Below are positions 11,653 to 24,400 of a stretch of 64,000 nt of DNA, in pieces. Under the pieces are notes generated by a model. It saw only the letters and a list, made by a program, of their open reading frames with translations, was not told the DNA's origin and searched no databases. The DNA is from Zygnema circumcarinatum SAG 698-1b (taxonomy: Eukaryota > Plantae > Zygnematophyceae). Position 1 is the stretch's first letter; each line of letters begins with the position of its first letter. The translations under genes were made by a program, and so were the position numbers. Where the stretch lies: the NCBI GenBank assembly GCA_037447605.1, contig CM074809.1:2222689-2286688 (forward strand), given 5' to 3'.

Positions 11653-12591
11653 GGGTAGTGATATTTCCACCCCTTTTTTGGATCCAAACACCCCTTCCCG
11701 GCCGGGCAGATTTCAAAAGGGATTAAAAACGGAAAATGCTTTTTTCACACCTTTTTGGAATCGATACCCACCTTCTTCCGTCGGCTGATTTTATTTTTGC
11801 TAACCAAGGAAAATGATACCCCGTCACCGCATTTTGAATACTGTATCCCGCCTACCTGAATTTTTTTTTTGAGGGAAAGAAATATCTGCCTGCCCGAATC
11901 CGCTCGGAGCGGAAGATCCGTTCGCCACGAGATCGTTCGCGGGTGTCCGTCTTTCACACGTGTGTGTCAATCGCAGCTGTCGATTCCCTCGCAGATCGCA
12001 CCACTGCAGATCACCGTTCGATCTGCAGCCGGCCTTGATCTCAGCGAATGGAAAGCGCCCACGAGTCCCGTCAAAGCCGGATCGCACTTGCGAGTGCGCG
12101 CGTACCTCGGCCCGAGATCTTGTTCTATTGTCAGCTCCCAGCCAATCAAAATTTGCCACGTGTTAAATTTTTGACGTGGAAAATTTTGATTGGTCCAAAT
12201 TCTCAATGTACAAAATTTTTGGTACGACCGTACGATATTTGTACGGACAAATTTTTGAGACGACTTTGGCGGGATATGTGGGCCCGTGCCATTCGCTGTG
12301 ACCGAGCCCGGCTGCAGATGAAATAGTGATCTGCCTCGTTGCGATCTGCGAGGGAATCGACGGCTGCGATTGACCGCACGCGTGAAAAAAAATTCAGGTA
12401 AGCGGGATATTCAAATGGAGTGAAGGGTTATAATTTTCCTTGTTTCGCAAAAATACAATCTGCCGATGGAGGGTGGGTATCGATTCCAAAAAGGTGTGAA
12501 AAAAGCATTTTCCGTTTTTAATCCTTTTTGAAATCTGCCCGGCCGGGAAGAGGTGTTTGGATCCAAAAAAGGGGTGGAAATATCACTACCC
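11653..12591. mobile_element. Non-autonomous long-TIR fold-back DNA transposon (MULE-like), 939 bp
   Basis: Termini GGGTAGTGATATTTCCACCCC...GGGGTGGAAATATCACTACCC; ~230-bp TIRs plus inner inverted arms; exact 8-bp TSD TTTTGGAA (11645-11652 / 12592-12599). Confidence 0.88.
12142..12193. promoter_or_regulatory. Two inverted ERSE-type motifs (CCAAT-N9-CCACG); the second overlaps TGACGTGG
   Basis: CCAAT 12142-46/CCACG 12156-60 on +; CGTGG 12175-79/ATTGG 12189-93 on -. Motif match only; function not shown. Confidence 0.45.
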
Positions 12592-13242
12592 TTTTGGAAT
12601 TGTTCAATGTTTGTATGAAAAGAATGCATTTGAAATTTTGAAGACTCAAAGGAAATAGTTTTTCAAATTGAACAATATAATTTTAAAGTCTCAATCTGTT
12701 CGGCTACACGTGTCAATTACCGTTCGTGCCACGTAGGATTGTTTTGTTCAATTGTTCAATCAATGGTAGTAAGGGTAATATTGCGAGTGCATTGAGATAT
12801 CGTCACGGCATGGCACGGTACGATATTGTATCTCAATCGATACAATATTTTACATTCAGATACGATACGAATGCCGCAGATCGGGGCTCATCAAGGACGT
12901 ACGCTGTACCGTACGGTGAGGCGTTCGGACAGCTTTTGGTTTCAACGTGATCCGAAACGAGTACTCTGAAGACAATGCGAACGAGTTACCAGTGTATTAA
13001 ATCTTTTTTACTACTAAAGAGGCTTTCTGAAGTTGAAACCTGCGGCTTGAATGTTGAACAACTTTCCGCCTCCGCTTCCAACTACGGACATGCAACCGAT
13101 GAAAAAAAAAAAAAAAAAAAAAAACCATGAGAAGTTGCAGCAGTACCGAAATGCAGTTGAAATCGGGAACTGAGACACGAGGACTCGGGAGTTTTCGCAT
13201 TCATTTTTATGATGCGCTGCATTCATTCAGAGGAATGATGTG

Positions 13243-13360
13243 GCATTCATCGATCTCACGATGGCGATGTTGCCATCAAATGTACATGGACGAAATCATC
13301 ATGGGGAACCACGAGGAACTGGTCACAGCGGACCTAAGGACAAAAGAAAAAAGCTATCGA
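13243..13360 (-). mobile_element. Solitary 3'UTR fragment of the CRE-like retrotransposon family
   Basis: ACGATGGCGATGTTGCCATCAAATGTACATGGA...GGAACTGGTCAC aligns with the 3'UTRs at 2340, 37812-37921 (rc), 62074 and 63163. Confidence 0.75.
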
Positions 13361-14151
13361 TAAAAAAAACATATGCCCATTCATTCACATTATTCGCTTT
13401 ATCGTTTTCTTTCGCGGCTCGAGCCCGCTCATGGCGACGCGCTCCTGGCCACGCTCGCATCCAGCTTGCCTCCAATAGGGGGGCTGTCAGACTGAAGGTA
13501 ACCAATACACGCTGTCGTCCCCAACCCCGCTCGGTGCCTCGCATCATTATTATTGTGCCTCCCTCGGACACAGACATGCAGGTGCATGCATGCCATGCAT
13601 GCATGGCGGCGGGTGGCCATCGTCGGCAGGCCAGGCCGCCCACATGCGCTTTGTCGGCAGTCGCCGACGCCCAGCCACCCTCTGTGCGCCACGTGGACGA
13701 GCCACCGACATGCAGCGCGCGCTCCAGTTTTTTTTTCACTTTCCCGCGGCGCCTCGCGACCGCGCCACGTGGCAGCCCGCCCCCGCGCCGACTCCGGCTG
13801 CCGCAGGGCCGCCTCGGGCGCGCTCAGGCGGGCGGGCCGTACAGTGGCGGTACGGCATGCCGTACAGCACACACTCAGTCAGTGGCCGTACCGTACGGCC
13901 CGCAGTGGCAGGCAGTCTGCATGAGAGGCGGCCCCTGCCTGCCTGTGCCTGGGCCGCCTGCCTGAATCCTGGAAGGGGAGGAAGGCTCGCTTACCGCGGA
14001 ATACATACAGTGCGCGGCTTCATCTTCATCTCGATATTGATCTTGATCTTGAGAAAGGTTGAGCTGCGTGCCGACTTCTTCGGCATTCTGGTTTTCAAGG
14101 AAGAGGGTCCTGGCATCGGCCCAAGCCGCGGCAAAAGTGGTGTGTGGAAGA

Positions 14152-17100
14152 ATGGCAGCAGACAGCGCAGGGCCGTTGATGAACGGTATACATGCGATCC
14201 GCAGCGCGAATGAACCGCCTGATTGTATTCTGGAGCCACCAAGCAATCCGCTTGTGACGCCACTGTTGACAGATTTTTATCAAATGACGATGGCTTATGT
14301 GACGTGGAGAGCCGGAAAGCAGGACGACAAAGCAGTGTATTACGCAAAATCCTTGGTGACTTTAATGTTGCTCAGCAGTTGTTGCATGTCCTGTAACTCT
14401 CCTGTCTCTTATTGCATCCAAGGCGAGTTTCGTTGTTGGTATTATGTCTTGAGGCTTGCAAGCCAAGACGACTCACTTGAACGGTGGTTTCTCTTGCAGG
14501 TTTGACTTGCTTTTCCGGAAAAACCCTTTTGGCGGCGAGTACACAATATTTGCTGGCTTGGAGGAATGCATTCGGTTCACTGCGAATTTCCAGTTCAGAA
14601 AAGATGAGCTGGAGTACCTTCGACGGGTGCTGCCTGCTTCCTGCGAGGTGCGGATCTGGACTCAGCTGACCTGCATGGCAAACCTTCCAAAACTGTTGCA
14701 CGCAGGGCAATGTACGGCACAGTTTTCGCTGGGACCCAGATTTAAGGAATTATCATTGTTCAAGATTTCCGATCACATCCTACTTACCTCTACACTGCCT
14801 ATATGGACACGTAAGTGATTTGCTCATATAGCCACCATCAAGAAAGCCAGTTGCGATTCTTCCTTATGGGCCGCGGGGATTCCGCAAATTATTTTTTGGC
14901 GTTTTGCAGAACGAGTTCTTCGAGTACTTGGAAACATTAGACTGCTCCAAAGTACGAATAGTTGCAATTGCTGAGGGATCAGTCGTGTTCCCTCGAGTTC
15001 CCCTCGTTCGAGTGGAGGGACCATTTCTGGTGAGGTTTCTCATACAAACAATACAATTCATTAGTGGGTGACTTCTCAAATCAGAGGTGGATTTGGTTGT
15101 ATGTAAACTATCCAGAGTTTAAAATTTTTGTTAGCTGAACAGGACATAAAACGTGAATGGCGAAACACTGCTCTGCTTAATTTGTCCCTCATTCCCGGTG
15201 TCTATTCCAACCATCCCACATTCTGATGTTGAATACTCTTAAACCTTGCCTTTGTTCCTATTCAATTTTCTCTCTTAGTACTCATCAGTTCACCAATTCT
15301 GCAGTGGCCTTATTTTACCAATTATCACCGTGCATTACTCTGATCAGATATGCTTAAAAGGTGTTCTTTGCTGGGAACAATGGTCGTTCCTTCAAAAAAA
15401 ATCACTAATTTTCCATAGCGAGCCTGAAATGTTGATGAGCAGCTAGGAGCTCTTGCTGTCATTCATTTGCAGCCATCATCCATCCAATGTCGTACATTAT
15501 GTGGGTTCTCTGCATGCTTTCAGTTTCATTAGCTGGTTAAAGGGATCTTTTCTGAATAATGTGTTCCACATTTTTCCGCTTGCTGCAGGTGGCGCAGCTT
15601 CTGGAAACTACTTTCTTAACCTTGGTTAATTACGCATCATTGGTAGCAACTAATGCTGCCCGGCATCGACAAGTTGCAGGACCTGACAAAATTCTTTTCG
15701 AATTTGGGTTGCGACGTGCACAGGTGACACCGTTCACAGTTCTGCAACTCCTTTGAGTAGCCGATTTGAAGTCATGCCTCTCCGTGGAAAGTGACTGATG
15801 ACTGCTGATCAAGATCGCAGGGCCCTGACGGAGGACTTTCTGCCTCCAAGTATTGTTATGTGGGGGGTTTTGACGGCACAAGGTAGTAAGGCAGCCCACG
15901 CTCTCCGTATTTCCCCTTGATATGTTATTGCTAGTACCGCTCAATCAAAGTGAAGGCATGACATTGTTGTTGGTTTCTGCGGTACAGTAATATGAAGGCA
16001 GGCCAACTTTTTGGTATTCCAGTCAAAGGAACACATTCTCATGCGTTTGTATCGTCATACATGGTACGCACTGCTGTTCACAGCTGATTCCATTTTATGC
16101 CAGGATAGTTGCATACAGAGAGGCCAGAAGTTTCTGGAAGGAAGTAGGTTCGTTGTCCAAGATACGTCATGAAGGACAGGAGAGACAATAGAAGACCACA
16201 AGACAAAAGTGAGAGAGGGAAAGGGGACTGGACGAGGGAGGGACGGAGGGAGAAAGTGGGGGATGTGGAGGTAGAGAGGGGGAGGGAGAGAGCCTGGAAC
16301 GAGAGGATGGTGGGAAGCAAATCAGTAGAGAGTTGGCATTGAGCAGTCTGGTTGAATCAATGGCGTCGTGATGCAGAGCCTTGACGAAATAAGAAACAGG
16401 AGGTTAAAGAAAGCTGACGGGAACGGCTATTGTGAAGACTTTGTGAGCAGCGTGTTGAGTTGGTTGACGGCTATGAAGGCAAGTGCTTTGGGCTTTCAGC
16501 AAATGGATCCTGGTGCCTCTATTTAGTAAATTATCACGTGTGGAAGTGTCACATTTTTATCTTTTGTCAAATTCTATGTCAGGAAGAGCTGTATTATATC
16601 TCTGAGAGTAAACTTGGAAATGATGCAGAAGAAGGAATCGCTTCGCAAAGTGTTCTCCGAGACAAACATGAGCGAGCTGGCGGCTTTTTCTTCTTATGCT
16701 CTAGCGTTTCCTGCCGCCTTTCAAGCATTGGTGGATACATACGATGTGAGCTGCTCCTCTCTCGACTGAGATTTTCTTACTGCAAAGATTGATAACATCC
16801 CTGCGAGTCTGTTCTGGTCTGCTTTGGGAAACACCTTCATGAGGACACTCAAAAAGTTTGCTGGTGGTGTGAGCATTGGTCAATCTTAGCGCTTTTTTTG
16901 TTTTTTTCGGCGGCGCGCGTCCGAGCCTTTACCCTATAAAACCGAAAAACCCAAAAAAAAGAAAATGAGGGAAATAGCGGCTGATGCTGGGAATGGCAAT
17001 GCTGTGGCCAGGTTCTTCGCAGTGGAATACCAAACTTCACGGCAGTCGCACTTGCACTGTTAGAGATGGGGTATGTGATACTTATATGCAAGTGTTAACC

Positions 17101-18767
17101 CGAGCATGCAGAGTGATAGACCCCAATCACTCCTTCCCATGAGAATGACATGCCGGACTCTGCCTATACTTTCCTGGATTGGGAATCGTCAGTTGCCTTA
17201 ATTGCTGAATGGAATGATGAAATTTAACTTCCCATGAGGTAACGCTGTGATAGAGGAGGGATGCAGTTACAAGCCTGGAGGAGTGCGTCTGGACTCAGGG
17301 GATCTTTCATACCTGTCGCTGCGGACTCGCGCATTTTTTCGTCTTGTTGCAAAGGAGTTTCAATTGCCGTACTTTGAGAAAATTGGCATCACCGCAAGCA
17401 ATGATATTAATGAGGAGACCCTGAGTGCCCTTAACAAGCAGGTGTTCAAAGGCAAACTCCTAGCATGCATCTGAAATTAACAACTCTGCCTGTTCTTCAC
17501 AACATGTATTTCCTTGTATCTCACTTTCATTTCTCCGATGCAGAGAGCTGCCATTGAGCAAAGTGTGTTTGACTTGAACAGGGCCATGAAATCAATGCCT
17601 TCGGAATCGGCACGCACTTGGTAACATGTTTTCGGCAGCCAGCTCTTGGTTGTGTTTTCAAATTGGTGGAGATCAATGGTGAACCTCGCATTAAACTGAG
17701 TGAGGACGTGGAAAAGGTGAGTTAGCAAACGATACAAAAGCTGTTCGCTGGCCATCAGCTTGCATCTTTTGAGTTCTACAATCAGCCTTTGAGATATGGC
17801 TTTGACGCTTGGAAAAGAGGAGGGATTGCAGGTGACTATTCCAAGTAGAAAGTCCTGCTACCGGTTGTACGGCAAGGAGGGTTATGCCCTTGTGGATCTT
17901 CTGATTGGAGATACAGACCCTATTCCAGTGGTAAGCATCTTTAGAGATTTGTGGGGTCATGAGTGTTGCAAGCAATAGTAAGCTGGCCTTCTGATATGCA
18001 GTCAGCTTGACACTTGTGCCCCACAAAGCGGCTGCATAACAGCTGTATGCAAGAGTGCCTCGGAAGCAATGAACTGCATCTTTCAGATCAGACAGGCAAC
18101 AGTAACACCAACAGGAATGGAGGGGCTGCTGCAGGAGGGTTCACGTATCCTTTGCCGCCATCCGTTCTCGGAATCTAAGCGCGCTTACGTAGTGCCCACC
18201 AGGGTGGAGCCTCTCTATCGGTGCTTCTGGTCTGGCAACAGCGGTATGTCGACTTTGCCATTTACCTGCTTTTTAGTCAAGACGTGAGAAGAGAATGAGG
18301 AGAAATCACGGGGTCCGCCAAACCCTGAGTTCTTGACTCTGATGTGCAGGAGAGCCCGTGGAGCCTCTGCCAAGTTTGGAGGAACTTAAGCTCCGATGTG
18401 CGCAACAGCTGGCTGCTGTAAGACCTGATCATCGACGAGACTTGAATCCCACACCATACAAGGTGTGAATTCCTGGCCGCATGCTCGTTTTCCTGCTGTG
18501 CTCTACACGAATGAACATGCAGTACTTGCTTTTAAGGAATGTTCGTCTAGCACCTCTCGAGTTCTCACTAAGCTACATAGAGTATTTCCAGTGAAGGTGA
18601 GGACTTTTTCTTTTGGTTCTTTAATGGCAACATATTGACAAAGGCGATGGGCACTTTGGGTCCATCAAACCATGTGGGTTACGGGACAGGTGAGTGTGAG
18701 TGACGGATTGTATACCTTCTTCCACAAGCTGTGGCTAAGCGAGGCGCCAGTTGGAGAGCTTGCATGA
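14152..18767 (+). CDS. NAPRT: Nicotinate phosphoribosyltransferase (multi-exon, complete)
   Basis: [43 protein letters not shown]|[44 protein letters not shown], last exon [25 protein letters not shown]. Confidence 0.95.
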
Positions 18768-20164
18768 AGGCACTTTCGAACAGGCAGGATCATGTGGTAC
18801 CTTAGCTCACATGATCTTGGTTCGCTGTACAAAGTAGGTGTAGCCATGGGCCATTTCTTGACACTAAGGGGGGTCTACAGCATTTGCTAGCTGACAGGTG
18901 CTGTATTCCTTTTTTTTTTTTTTTTTTTTTACCATCAGCTGCCACTCATAGCACGCCTGTTAAAGCCATAGCAATACGCGTGTACCTGTTGAGAATGTGT
19001 GTCGAATGAACTCAGCTCTCATGAATTCAGAATAAGCTTTACTCCTTACGGCTGAGGAGGGAAAGCTGTTGCTTCTGAAGCTTGTCGAGCAACCGCTGAA
19101 TTGATTAAGAGGGGGTAGCTTATTCGTCAATTCTGCAAACTACATTATGAAGGGAGAAGGGAGGATTGGAATTGCCAAGAAAGCCCCCCTGCTGACTTCC
19201 TGCGCCTGCATAGCTCGGTAAACCTTGGCCTCTAATCGTCGTCACTTGGGGTAAGTATGCAGACTCTGTTCCTATGTTGTACAAAGGGTGAGATACCCTC
19301 AACACCTAACTAATGGGGTCCGATCCGGCTGTGTCCATCTCCGGCCTGTCCTGAACACTTTTTTTCCTCGCCTATTGCTTTGCTTTTCCTTTTTGCTCGC
19401 TCAATGTCTTCGCATGCTAAGGCGAGGCAGAACATGAAGGCTTGGCCTCGCTGGCAAAATATGGAAATTACAATATTTAGAAATAGGGTGACTCACAGAG
19501 TGGCCGCAAGACGCGCACAGTTCTGCTACAGCTACTTCAAATGATCAACTGGAAAATCTCAATTTTGAAAGCCACTAAGAAAATTCCTCAACATGACAAC
19601 AGCCAACCGAATTATTTTGGCATTAGCTAACCAAACAACCGGAAAGTTTGTTCTGTTCAACGAAGTTTTTTTTGGCGCCAGTCGGACAGTTACAGTAAGT
19701 TGGATTCCGCAAGGGCGAGTGAACACAAATAGCATTCAAAAGGAATCAACATAAAATTCAAATGTTCGTCTGAAAGCAATTTCAAAGCTTCGAGTTGAAC
19801 ATTCAAACGCTGAACTTCAGCGATTCCAAATTATTGAAAGTGTATTTGCAGCTTAGCTTTGTCTTTTTGTGCACTGTCTAGCAAAACATGCAACCCATGT
19901 CCAGACTGAAGATTTGCAAACGTGCCATACATTCTACGAAGGCGGCGCAAGGCTTGAAGGTCCAATCCTCGTTTCTGTTGTCAAAGTTGTCAACAGACCT
20001 AGTTTGCCTCCTAAAATGAACCTGTTTACTACTACTATTCGAATGAACAGAACAGACATGGCAGCACCCACCCTTTCCTTACATTCAAGGTATGCGGCAC
20101 GCATACAACTCTCCCTCTCCCCTTCCCTCTCCCCTCCCCATCCCCCCTCTACTCCCTTCCCCCT

Positions 20165-20222
20165 CTCCCCACCTCCCCCACTCCCCACCTCCCCACCTCC
20201 CCACCTCCCCACCTCCCCACCT
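20165..20222 (+). repeat. (CCCCACCT)n short tandem repeat in a pyrimidine tract
   Basis: Directly visible; G-rich on the minus strand. Confidence 0.7.
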
Positions 20223-21440
20223 CGCCTCGCCTCCTCGCCCCCTCGCACCCTCCGCCCCAACAACTCACATGACTGTCACAATAAAACTTCATGAACAGCA
20301 ATCTTCCAAGCTTACAATTGTTGCTCTACAAGAAGTAGTCGCCAACATAGGAGCCCAACGGATTCTCAATGCACAGGAGAAGGCCTCTTGTGCCATGAGG
20401 GGACAGGAGATATTTTGCGAAACACTCTCATATTGAGGAGATGTGTAAGGGAATCTTTTGAGCCTTTGGCAAGTTCCCTTTCACTTGCAGACTGTCATTC
20501 TCCGTAATGCTACTGCCCTCGATAGGACATTACTCTCTCTCTCTCTCTGCCGTCTCTACTCCACTTTTGTCCAATGGCTCCTTTGAAAGCGTATCCTTTC
20601 CCTAAAAAAACTTATCTGATACAAAAGAGCATTCAAGCCATGGCCTCCGCTTGTTGCAACAACAGCAAGCTCACTAACTTGGCGAGGCCTAACACTGGCG
20701 CTCTCTCCCACGTTCCACAGTAATTTGCCTTGGAAATGCGTCAAATTATTTCGTTGTGGCAGTTTACCAATACCAGTTGAGGATAGATCCGTGAGGGGGG
20801 TGGCGTAGGAAACTTTTGCGGTGTGCTACGGAGAAAAAAACGTAGCCCATTAACTACGAACAGGGTCTAATCAGTCTGGACGAACGTCATTGGTCTGTTC
20901 GTGCCCGTTTTAACTTCTCATTGATGTTAAGACTCTCCTGCACAAAAGTCGCACGTAAAATTGAGTTCATAGTGTAGACCAAGGAACAATGAGAGCCTTA
21001 CGACATTTCACCCTCATAACTCGATACAACGGTGAAAAAGGAACGTCAGTGCAGTCGTTTGCTATATCCCCAACGTCCCAATCAGAATAGATACCTGTGG
21101 CGAAGATTCTATCCCAAAGGTACTTTCATGTCGCCTTCGCTTTAACATGCTTGCAGACTTAGAGGCATCCTCACCACGCATCACCTGTCATGGAGCACAC
21201 CTAATCTCTAGGATGAATAACGGTATTGATCATTGAAAAAGGGTTCACTAGCACCAGGAGGAAGGAAAAAAAAAGGTAAAGTACAGGGTGACACATTGAT
21301 TCAATCGTGAGCAACGCCCTGAAGAGGCTTGGCTATCACTATACTCAACCAGAAGGAAAGCAGTAAAGAGTATAAACAAGCTTAAACTAAACGTCGATGT
21401 AGCCGCGGCCAGATTTGAGCAAAGCCAGGTTTGCAAACAA

Positions 21441-24400
21441 CTACAGAGTAAATTCCACATTGTACCAACAGTTGGGAACAGGAATGACATTGTGATGGGG
21501 CACGAAAGGTTGAAGGCCAGCATTACAGAAGGGAAGGGAATTGTGAAGGGGGACCTGAGCTGCAGAATCTGCGCGGCACTTTGCATGGACAATGGGTCCG
21601 AGGTTGCCGCTGTCCACTTCCTCTCGACCGGGTGTCGGGCTATTCAGATATACAGCCCCACGATACAGCCACTCATCCGCATCGGGGCTAAAGAATACAT
21701 CAAACTTGTCACCACACAAGGCACAGGTGTCCTGTTTTTCATCTGCAGGCACTACGAATTCGGCTTTCTCCTCCACACTCTTGCCATTGCCCTCATGTGA
21801 AGAGAAAAACAGCGGAGCCGCCTGAACTGGTTGAACAGCAGTACCCGATAGCCAGTCCTTGGCCACTACGAACCACATGCGCGACTGCGTTCGCTGTTTC
21901 TTGAGTCGCTTGTTCTTCTGGTAATGCTCGTCCAAGTGACGAGAATATTTCTCCTGCTCGTTAAAGCGCAAACCACATGTTGCACATTGATACTTGAAAC
22001 CAGAATACAGCATATCCACGGCCCCTTCTTGCAGATCTTTCAATCGATCTTGCACAAACTCTCTCCCCATGGGATAACCTGCAGGTTGAAGGGACACTTT
22101 TGGAAGTGCAATATTCAAAGGAGTCTGAATTGGCTGCATGTGAGGTGCTACACCTAACATTCCAGCAGGATAAGTCGCAGACTGATAATAAGGTATGAAC
22201 TCTTGCACCATTGGCTGGGCAAAAGCAGCAAATTGTGAAGGTTCCGCAACAACTTGCGAGCTTGCGACGGATTGATTGGATGGATTGGGTGCAGAAGTAG
22301 ACACACCAATGACTCCCTGCTTCATAAGAGAGGAAAGAATGTTGTGAATGTTTGAAGGGTCAGATGTAGCACGATTATCCAAAGTGGGTGCAGTTCCAGC
22401 TGGAGCGGAAGGCCTTGCTGGTGGAGGACCAGGTGGCAAGGGGGGATGTATCCTTGCAACCTGCTGCTGAGGGGTAATCAATGATGCTAAGGATGGCTGC
22501 AATTGTTGCGAGACCGTCACAGGATAAGACGTTGGCAGTGGTTGCTGTGGGGTTAACGGTGGTAGCGCAGGCGCAGACGGTAAAGTCTGCGGCATGGGTA
22601 CTGATGGGAGGGCGGGAGCTTGCAGGATCTGTGGAGAGGGCAATGATGGGAACATAGCTTGAACTGTGGGTGAGAGCCCAGGCAATGCCCGCGGAGGAGA
22701 TTTTGTAGAAATGGAGGATGGAGGCTGCAAGCTCTGCTGAGAGGATGGTGATGCAAGCAGCTGTGGAGAAGTTGGTAGCCCTTGCTGTGGTATGAAGGAT
22801 GAGGCTAAGGAAGCAGAAGTTGAAGCCAATTGCTCTGATGCTGAAGGGGATGCACTTGATAAGGGTAATGACAAGGTCTGCTGTGATAGCAGGGAAGGGA
22901 GCAATGATGAAGGGGTTGAAAGCTGTTCTGATGGTGGTGGAGAATCTGAAGGTGGGGGGATTGGTGAAGAGTGACGGAATTTTGGCAGTTGAACACCAGA
23001 AAAAGGGAGAGACTGGGCTTTTTGTTCAGGTGAGGTATCCTCTGAAGCTGGACTTGGCAAGTCCGCTGCAGGCCCAGAGGCAGAAGGGAGCTGAGCTTCA
23101 GCTTCAGCAACTGAAGAAGGCTGGCCAGCAGCAGCTGGTTGGAGTCCCAAACTGGCAATAGGTACCGCCTCCTGCCTCGACCCAGGAGGTGGCAAACAAA
23201 TGCCTGACTCCATAAGTGCTTTTAAAATTGCCACGGGGTCCAAAGCAACACCTTCTGGAGAAGTATCTCCTGCAGATCCTGCCGCGGGCAACAATGTGGC
23301 CAAAGGGCCCTTCTCATTTGTGGATGGAACTTTGGGAGACTGAACTGGAGACTCTCGCTGCTCCACTGCCGCAGATGCCTGAGCCCGTGCCCAAGCTTCC
23401 AGTTTTGCTTGCTGACGTATTGCACGCTCTTGAGCTTGTGAAGAGGGCAAAACTAACGGTCGTGAAGACGAGCTGGGTCCCACCTTTCCTGTTTGGATCG
23501 CTGGCAATTTTGAAAGGCCAGAAATTGGTCGTCCACTCACTTGTGCAGAGCGAGATAGTTGTGCTTCGGCATCCGAGGTCTCGACCTTAACTGAAGAAAC
23601 CTGAGCGAAGAAATCTGGAGCTGCCAGCTCTCGTGAAGCTGAGACAAGTCTTTGCCTTTGCCTTTGGGAACCAGAGGAGGTAGGATGCTGCGGAGGCACG
23701 GGCGCACTCCGTAATGGAATGTCATTCCCAGCATCCAACGGCTCCAGTTTGACAGGCATCTTCAATGGTTCTTTCTCAGATACTTGTGCAGAATACCTAT
23801 TTTTTTCCTGCATTCGCAGTAGTGGTGACATTGTTGGGGCAGCTCCAGAAAGTTCTTTTTTTTTCAACTGTGCACCTGGTTGATGATCAGTCCCTAGGGA
23901 AGGTTGCAATTGAAAGAGTTGTTTAGATTCCCGTTGCACATGACCACTTAATCGCTGCTGGTGTTTTTCTCTGCCAGTTTGGCGCTGACCTACTGAAGGC
24001 GAGTCCCTTACAGTGGTAGCCCCACCCTGTGATCCTACCTCAACGCTCAACCTTGGTTGCTTAAGCACACTATATGGTTGTGCGACAACTGGTGGTGGAG
24101 GCTGGGCAGGAGACTCTCGTGGTCGAAGTTGTGGACCTGGAAGTCGTTGCTGCTGAGAACCAGGCACAGACTGTGGCCTTGCAGGGGCTCCCACCAGTGA
24201 CTGAAGATGAGGCCGGGGGAGCTGCCTAATTGCTTGCGTTGTAGGCAGCATGGTTCGACGGGCAAAAAGTGGGTTGGTTTCAACCGTTCGATCAAGTTTA
24301 CTCCCTTCTCTGGACGGCTGTCGAAGAATACCATTGCTGGAAGCGAATGAACCTGGCTCTGAGATTAATGGAAGCACCTTATCTTCCACCTGCAATATGC

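Noticed and set aside
15724-17260. Apparent missing middle of NAPRT in the ORF track
   Set aside because: Short exons (GPDGG.., GTHSHAF.., SLDEI.., FSETN.., VLRSGIPNF..) are all present on manual reading.
19869-20436. ORFs around the CCCCACCT tract
   Set aside because: Driven by low-complexity sequence, with no homologous motifs or convincing splice structure.
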